DNA from: Oopsacas minuta
Lineage: Eukaryota > Animalia > Porifera
DNA length: 5,629 nucleotides
NCBI GenBank assembly: GCA_024704765.1
Contig: JAKMXF010000301.1
Location: 403,335 to 408,963 of the forward strand
Direction of reading: 5' to 3'
Part shown: positions 1-5,629 of the stretch, one piece after another
Layout of the letters: the number at the start of each line of letters is the position of its first letter
Numbering within the stretch: the first letter of the stretch is position 1
Notes under the pieces: generated by a model
Database searches by the model: none
What the model saw: only the letters and a program-made list of their open reading frames with translations
Told to the model about the DNA's origin: nothing
Position numbers and translations under genes: made by a program

Positions 1-154
1 CTAGAATCCAACTCTAAATTGACTTGTTTATTCAGTTATGTATACGTATGGCAAGTCTAAAGTTGAATTACATTATGTACATTTAGTGGTAATTACGTAA
101 TGAAAGTGTATGGAAATCGAAAAAGTCAAATGACAGAGAAGTAAGATTACTTTA

Positions 155-384
155 GGGTCAAAATCCTACGACAATAATACATTATATGCGGGTCAAAATC
201 CTACGATAATAATACATTATATGCGGGCCAAAATCCTACGGCTGTAATTAGTGTAATACATTTTGATGCGGGTCAAAATCCTACGCAATATTACATCGTA
301 GGATTTTGACCCGCACCATGGATATGCTATTAGGATTTTGTATTGCGGGTCAAAATCCTACGCGGGTCAAAATCCTACGCAACA
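155..384. repeat. Array of the 18-bp motif GCGGGTCAAAATCCTACG in direct and inverted copies; probable subterminal repeats of a DNA transposon end
   Basis: Forward copies at 155-170 (16 nt), 188-205, 223-240 (1 mismatch), 268-285, 345-362 and 362-379 (the last two share one G). An inverted copy lies at 297-314 and a partial inverted copy at 331-340. The first copies form a 35-bp tandem period with spacer A(C/T)AATAATACATTATAT. The array ends with CAACA at 380-384, followed by GGCC. Confidence 0.9.
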
Positions 385-910
385 GGCCCCACTTATAGAG
401 GTTGTTGTAAATACATCCTGAAAAATAGGGGGTTCGATGGTAAGTTAGATGCACCAATGTTAAGTAGGTGGGAAATCCAGTTGGCGCTCTACAACTACCT
501 ACCTCACATCAGTTACTACTCGAAGGAACAGTTTTCAAACATGAAAAGTTGAAGGAACACACCACAGATTTCATATCGACTTACGGAGTGCATTGGCCCA
601 TTGGTGGTGCACAGACGAACACAAAGGGCCTACAGGATCTCTATTGCAGTCTATGTAACTGGGTTCCCTCATATTCCCGGCATCCTCTCGATTCTCTGTA
701 ACAAGCTACAACATACTATCTTGCTCGTTTTATCATTATCAAATCTGTTGAGGAGTTAAGTTTTAAACCAAAAGTTGTGAAAATACTTTTACTACTCCAT
801 CACATCACGATATGATAATAGATGACTTGAAAATTACAAAAATTGCAAAATATCAGGTTTTAACCGACTACTGAAGTATTCATCGAAAAATTTTGTAGAC
901 TTTGAAAAAC

Positions 911-933
911 TCGAACTATAGTCGAACTATAGT
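911..933. repeat. 11-bp tandem duplication (TCGAACTATAG)x2
   Basis: Exact copies at 911-921 and 922-932. Each copy plus the following T contains the palindrome ACTATAGT. Confidence 0.8.
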
Positions 934-1971
934 ATGTGGAAACCTAGTATTTCACATTTAGAGACAAAAATTATATAAAGTTTATTTATGGCCTGGGTAG
1001 AGGCCAGTTTGGACCACATGGAGCTCTTTCCTGTTTAGAATGGAGTATAAATATCCTAAAATTGAAAATTCATATAAGTCGTTGAATGTTAATAACTACT
1101 GTCGCATACGTAAAATCCTAAATTTTAGCACTTTGTAGTTTTAGAAATTCTAAAGTAGAAATATGTTGGCCAGTGGTATTACTGTGTTTAATACAACTAA
1201 TGAGTAACTGGGAAGAAGAAGAGTTAAATATGAGACTTTTGGAGACTTATGGCAGACAACGAAAAGCTACAAAAGTGTAGATAGGAAATAAAAAGTACTA
1301 CATACCACTCAAAGTTTACCAATTACAATAAAGAATATGACATACATTTCACCTACATTGTTTCGTTTGAGCATATGACAAAACATAATTATCAACATAC
1401 GTTTGGATATCATGAAATAAGTGAATTTGTCATAATTCTAGTAATTAAATTTTTATTATACTATATAACCCATCACTTTTGGTTTCATTTAGTAGTTCAG
1501 TAGAAGTAGTATTTTGAATAATATTTTCATAGGTCAAACAGGATTTTCATTCTACTAATCAGTACAGCAATGATTTTTGTGACATTTTAATAATCGCTTT
1601 TCCGGTTTACTAAGTATTAGCATATAGACATAGAAACATGAGTCACAAGACACATAGCGTATTGATGGCAGGAAACGAAGATCTCAAGATTATTAATCAC
1701 GCATTAATAAAAGAGTAGATCATGCAGAGACAAGTGTAGGATGGTTAGAGGAGCTTAACCGGATTTTGAATAGCCACGCCAATAATCTCCCATGAGTTTG
1801 TGACCCAGTCTTTGGGCCAACCATAGGCAAATTCAAAAACAGTCGAAACAGCGGTATTCTTGTTACGGTTTTTACCTTACAATAGGTTGTTCTAACTAAT
1901 TTCACACACACAGTTTATTAAATTCATAATATATTAAAATTTCATCAGCATAAATCTTATTCATGATTATA

Positions 1972-1998
1972 CAGGGTGGTCCAAAATAGGCTGTACCC
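1972..1998 (+). repeat. Left TIR of the mariner-like element
   Basis: Reverse complement of 2718-2744 at 24/27; preceded by TA. Confidence 0.93.
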
Positions 1999-2095
1999 GA
2001 ACATATTTAGACTGCCGAGTCTCAATATCTTGTATTAACTAAAAGTCATTTTTAGATATACTAGATACATCCCTTGTTGAAAAGAGAACAACAAA

Positions 2096-2594
2096 TGGAC
2101 CCTCTAGATGAGAACCTTCTGTACTGTACAGTATCTGGAGTGCCACTGCTTCCAGACACAAATAAATGAATTCCAGACAAAATTTGAGACCGATAAAGCC
2201 CATAAAATCCTTGATATTCTTGTGGGTGCGGAAGTTGAAGACTGGAGGGAAGCTCAATGACCTCAGACCAAAGACCCCTGGACATGGGGCCTACTCAGGA
2301 AGGAAGAAACTATGTGACACGGCTGTTAAAGAGCAGATCCGAAATGATGTTATCGCATCTCCCAGCCGATCGACCAGAAAGAGGAGTAAAGCACTGGTTA
2401 TTCCACGAGCATCGCTAATGAGGCTTATGAAGGAAGACATCCACTTACTCCGAACACATGAACAGCTAAAAACGAATATTGTGCTTGAAATCACAGTAAA
2501 AAGCAAAGATGTCCTGAAGTCAGTTTTCGAGAATTTCGCGTTGCGACTCAAAAATGTCCAAGAATGTAATGGTCACATCGTGCACCTCCTCTAA
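2096..2594 (+). pseudogene. Tc1/mariner transposase remnant: N-terminal HTH region (DUF4817-like) joined to the C-terminal helices; catalytic domain deleted
   Basis: The frame starting at 2096 reads WTL*MRTFCTVQYLECHCFQTQINEFQTKFETDKA, with an in-frame TAG at 2105-2107. A frameshift near 2198-2205 moves into the ORF-track frame: KSLIFLWVRKLKTGGKLNDL…SGRKK…VIASPSRSTRKRSKALVIPRASLMRLMKEDIHL. That is followed directly (about 2448) by the typical C-terminus RTHEQLKTNIVLEI…DVLKSVFENFALRLKNVQECNGHIVHLL*. No DDD/DDE segment or WPxxSPDL motif is present. The subfamily cannot be assigned. Confidence 0.85.
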
Positions 2595-2717
2595 ACCCGA
2601 AAGTTTTCAAGCTAGAGACCTGGTATTCACGGGATATATATCGAATTGTGTTACTACATAAATTAATAATTTCATTGCTTTCACAAAAAATTGCCTGAAC
2701 AGTTGGGGCAAGAATTT

Positions 2718-2744
2718 GGGTACAGTCTATTTTGGATCACCCAG
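2718..2744 (-). repeat. Right TIR of the mariner-like element
   Basis: Reverse complement of 1972-1998 at 24/27; followed by TA. Confidence 0.93.
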
Positions 2745-3953
2745 TACATAATTGGCGCATTTTAGCCCGAAAAATGTATCATTGTTAGTTAATAATTAAC
2801 ATATGCTGTGATATTCGACAAGTTTCAGGTCGATATGGCGTGATTTAATGGCAAAACGGGAATAAGTTGTGAAAAATAAGCCATTTTTCAATCTCGGTCA
2901 AAATGATCAATATCGGTTCATCGACTCTTGAATTAAACACCAATTGATCCTAGGATGTTTCATACAAAATATCACAAACTGTCACTATAAAGGTCACAAG
3001 TTCCAGAATTATAGTAGTGACAGTGGATAACACGTTTTGCCAATATCACCTATAACTTGACAACCTTAAATGCTATGGCTAATTATTTTGCAGGAATATG
3101 CTATATACCCGAAATTTCCATGCAGTAATCGTTGGACACATCATATCAAAATTTATTATCAAGGTATGGGAAATCGGGTATTCAATACAACATAAGCTTG
3201 CAAGATGATTGACCATAACATTAAAGGTGGTCAAGGCGAAAACTCTTGAGTCTAAGAACTTAATTAGGACAATTTTTTGATAATTCGTCTGAAAACATCC
3301 TTGGATCAATTGGTGTTAATTCAAGAGTCGACGAAGCGAAATAGATCATTCAACAGAACATGAAAATTGGCGCATTTCTCAAAACATATTCCCATTTAAC
3401 CAATTAGATGAAGTCACTTCGACTTGGGACTCGCTGGATAACAACTACACTCAAGATAATATGCAACAATTTTGTATTATCGTGAGTAATATTATTGACT
3501 TTCAAAATTAATGGACTTCAATTAATCCCTGGTTTCGAATAGTAGTAAGGCCTTATGTATCGAAGGTACCGGTATATCCCTATTAATTACCAGTAATGCG
3601 ATTGAATTTCAATTCAAACTACAGGATGCGAAGATGAAATGCATTTTGGAAATTTGCTGCATCATAATTAGCACCTCATCATATCCCAAGTGCCTCGTAT
3701 TAAAAGATTTCGGAATATATAATGTTTTACCATCTATGGTCCATCCAAAAATATTCAATGGCCTTCTGTGGTAATACTGCAGCTTTTTGGTTAGCATTCT
3801 GGTCACTAAGTGCATCGAGTATGATGAAATTCACAAAATATAGAATTCGGGAAACTAGGATATTTTGTAAAGTCAAGACGATAGAGAATCTATGATGAGT
3901 AAGGTTTTGGTCAAAGTGATGATATCATAATCTGTGGCATATTGGGGTAGCAG

Positions 3954-3971
3954 TGGTTGAAATTTCAACCA
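3954..3971. repeat. Perfect 18-bp palindrome TGGTTGAAATTTCAACCA
   Basis: TGGTTGAAA is the exact reverse complement of TTTCAACCA, with no loop. Confidence 0.85.
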
Positions 3972-4745
3972 AATAACATGTACATAGGCTGAGCAGTGGC
4001 AAATAATGCGATTATCGAAAATACAAAAAGGTGACAATGACGTCATAAATTTGTCATAGATGTGAATATTCGTCCAAAAATGTGCGAGGCAGGGCCAAAA
4101 TACCCCTGTACATCAGCCTTGGAGTTTCTAGTATAAGTCTGATCATTGAACACCAAAATATGGTCATAACCGGAAAAACTGGAACTATAAAGATGGCTAA
4201 GGCATCATTAGAAGCGTGATCTTTCGTAGACTAACATTTCCAATTTTTGCTTCATACAATCAAAAGAAAAAATTTTCATGACATAAAACTTAATTAATTA
4301 TCATGAATTACCTCTGGACTAAATATTTTGCAATTTTAGAAATATTTATTAAAAACAAACAATAATATTATGTCTTGTAAGAAATGTGTGAAAAACTAGC
4401 AAAAAAATATCAGTTGGACCATATCCTGGAAAATCATGTTGAAAGATTATTTAAAGGGTCAATATGTGTAAAACTAGATTCAGCTAGCATAGCGGCGTCG
4501 AACAATTGGTCACTCGATGTGGTTAGGATAAGTTTTGAAAATGGAATGTTGTCACATTTCTGAGACTTTCCTGCGTTGCTAGAGAAATAACGTGGTCATA
4601 AAACTATATATGAGGAAAAATTCTCAAACATACTCCAGTGACAACTTAAAAGAAAGGGAATTAAACACCGAGTACGAATTAGGCAATATAAATCAGTCAG
4701 AGTGTATTTGAAATGTTTTAGAAGTGGGGATTTTCGGGTTAAATA

Positions 4746-5629
4746 CACAACTCAACAAGATTTCTCATCAGAGATCACATACGTTTATCTTAGCATACTT
4801 TTGAATGCTGAACTCGAATCTGCAATCAGAATTTCTCTAGCACATCTAGCTATTCTGAAATCCAATATCCATTTTTTCAATAGTCTAGTATTACCTAGTT
4901 ATTAAATTGCTATATGAGCATGCCTATTTTGATTCAATTATCTGGAATATAAGTGACTTTACTTATTTGAATTCAAGCAAACCAAATTATAAACATGCAT
5001 CGTAATTGTAGAACTCATCCCGACAATTTCTGTTACGTTTGTGGTCTTTTTTGCGTAAAATCACAAAGACGGCCAATCACAAATCAATTAAAGAACATAT
5101 ACAAATTGTACTTCGAATGTCCACTTGGTGACCAAGACAAGTCGTGGGCACCACATGTTATATGCACTTCTTGTTCAAGTGGACTACGTGATTGGTTGAA
5201 CAAAAGGAAAGTTTCAATGCCATTTGCAATACCCATGGTCTGGAGGGAACAGAAAAATCACCTTGATGATTGTTACTTTTGCCTTATCGACATTACAGGA
5301 TTCTCAGCCAAGAATAAGCACGCTCTTGTTTACCCAGACTTGGATTCTGCTCGCAGGCCAATTCCACACGACATCTCATTACCAATCCCAATTCCCAAGC
5401 CACAGCAAATTAAAATCGGGTCTGATATGGTGGAAGATGTTCATGCAGATTCTACAGATGCTAATTATGTCCCGGAAGATGAATTACTAGAGCCACAAAC
5501 ATTTACACAGGGAGAATTGAATGACCTGGTCAGGGATCTAGACTTATCTAAAGACAAAGCTGAACTCCTTGCATCCAGGCTCAAACAGAAAAACCTACTC
5601 GACAAAGATGTCCTAGTATCCCACTATCG
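4746..5629 (+). mobile_element. Chapaev3-like DNA transposon, left end and 5' part
   Basis: Candidate terminus CACAACTCAACAAG at 4746-4759 resembles the CAC…CAACAA ends I recall for Chapaev3 elements. It is followed by a subterminal segment of the kind seen in this group (GCTGAACTCGAATCTGCAATCAGAATTTCTCTAGCAC, 4807-4843) and then the transposase ATG at 4995. The right TIR and TSD are outside the window, so the exact boundary is unverified. The preceding 3 nt are ATA. Confidence 0.7.
4995..5629 (+). CDS. Transposase, Chapaev3-like, N-terminal 211 aa; 3'-truncated by the window edge
   Basis: Manual translation from ATG 4995 (context TAAACATG) has no stop to the window end: MHRNCRTHPDNFCYVCGLFCVKSQRRPITNQLKNIYKLYFECPLGDQDKSWAPHVICTSCSSGLRDWLNKRKVSMPFAIPMVWREQKNHLDDCYFCLIDITGFSAKNKHALVYPDLDSARRPIPHDISLPIP…FTQGELNDLVRDLDLSKDKAELLASRLKQKNLLDKDVLVSHY. 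The motifs FCYxCG, GDQDKxWAPH, CxxC, MPFAIPMVWRE, HxxxCYFC and ELNDLVRDLxLSKxxAELLASRLK match my recollection of Chapaev3-type transposases. The DDE core lies beyond the window. Confidence 0.9.
   Translation, partial: MHRNCRTHPDNFCYVCGLFCVKSQRRPITNQLKNIYKLYFECPLGDQDKSWAPHVICTSCSSGLRDWLNKRKVSMPFAIPMVWREQKNHLDDCYFCLIDITGFSAKNKHALVYPDLDSARRPIPHDISLPIPIPKPQQIKIGSDMVEDVHADSTDANYVPEDELLEPQTFTQGELNDLVRDLDLSKDKAELLASRLKQKNLLDKDVLVSHY

Larger units (their letters stand above)
1972..2744 (+). mobile_element. Non-autonomous Tc1/mariner (ITm) element, internally deleted, 773 bp
   Basis: Left TIR CAGGGTGGTCCAAAATAGGCTGTACCC (1972-1998) and right TIR GGGTACAGTCTATTTTGGATCACCCAG (2718-2744) match at 24/27. 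TA flanks both ends (1970-1971 and 2745-2746), the canonical ITm TSD. A transposase remnant lies inside. Confidence 0.93.
1956..3490. mobile_element. Old foldback/MITE-like element (long imperfect palindrome), interrupted by the mariner insertion at 1972-2746; outer boundaries approximate
   Basis: 2915-2960 matches the reverse complement of 3293-3337 at 42/46. Looser pairing extends over about 2750-2982 vs 3269-3470. An inner inverted repeat pairs 3056-3123 with 3164-3235 (35/45 over the first ungapped block) around a 40-nt loop (3124-3163). The reconstructed empty site 1956-1971 plus 2747-2760 matches the reverse complement of 3461-3490 at 23/30. No coding capacity or clear TSD is recognised. 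Confidence 0.72.

Noticed and set aside
155-379. CRISPR-like repeat-spacer array
   Set aside because: The repeat is only 18 bp, the first two spacers are near-identical to each other, spacer length varies from 0 to 27 nt or more, some copies are inverted, no cas-like ORF is present, and the context is eukaryotic transposons.
343-552. ORF 69 aa as a gene
   Set aside because: It starts at a TTG inside the repeat array, so it crosses a probable element boundary. There is no recognisable domain.
468-701. ORF 77 aa as an integrase or zinc-finger fragment
   Set aside because: Non-ATG start, only a lone CxxC and no convincing catalytic motifs.
1697-1911. Minus ORF 1720-1911 and the plus-frame peptide KRVDHAETSVGWLEELNRILNSH
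   Set aside because: The plus frame is open for only 32 codons, the minus ORF starts at GTG in a CA run, and neither has recognisable homology or clear splice signals.
2039-2551. Minus-strand ORFs 2039-2257, 2061-2285 and 2291-2551
   Set aside because: They are antisense shadows of the mariner transposase remnant on the + strand.
2166-2594. ORF 142 aa as an intact protein from ATG 2166
   Set aside because: The first 13 or so residues are out of frame relative to the transposase N-terminus found in the frame starting at 2096; the ORF is a frameshifted, deleted pseudogene.
3079-3309. Minus ORF 76 aa
   Set aside because: It lies wholly inside the palindromic non-coding element and has no recognisable motif.
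2750-3377. 13-bp direct repeat AATTGGCGCATTT (2750-2762 and 3365-3377) as a TSD
   Set aside because: The second copy lies inside the right arm of the foldback rather than at a boundary. It is better explained as an internal module of that element or chance.
4702-4905. ORF 67 aa
   Set aside because: GTG start, spans the candidate transposon boundary at 4746 and its non-coding subterminal region.
5224-5490. ORF 88 aa
   Set aside because: It is an alternative frame overlapping the real transposase ORF that starts at 4995.
1-5629. RNA-guided or other novel multi-gene system (for example Fanzor/TnpB or Cas)
   Set aside because: No RuvC/HNH-like ORF, no guide-like conserved RNA and no operon structure is visible; the recognisable content is explained by known DNA transposon classes.

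Overview
AT-rich eukaryotic (probably invertebrate) DNA made up mostly of stacked DNA transposons. I recognise no host gene, RNA gene or CRISPR array. From left to right: (1) 155-384 is an array of an 18-bp motif in direct and inverted orientation, ending at a candidate transposon terminus (…CAACA, i.e. 5'-TGTTG on the minus strand). (2) 1972-2744 is a 773-bp Tc1/mariner (ITm) element with 27-bp TIRs and a TA target-site duplication. Its transposase remnant has lost the catalytic domain. (3) About 1950-3490 is an old, long imperfect foldback/MITE-like palindrome, and the mariner element has inserted into its left arm. (4) 4746 to the window end is the 5' part of a Chapaev3-like transposon. Its transposase ORF starts at ATG 4995, is open for 211 codons and runs off the window, so it is missing from the supplied ORF track. 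Family assignments come from recalled motifs, not database searches. Most ORFs in the supplied track are antisense or chance frames. I found no convincing evidence of a new biological system; the best leads are the unclassified motif-array terminus, the foldback element and the intact Chapaev3-like ORF.
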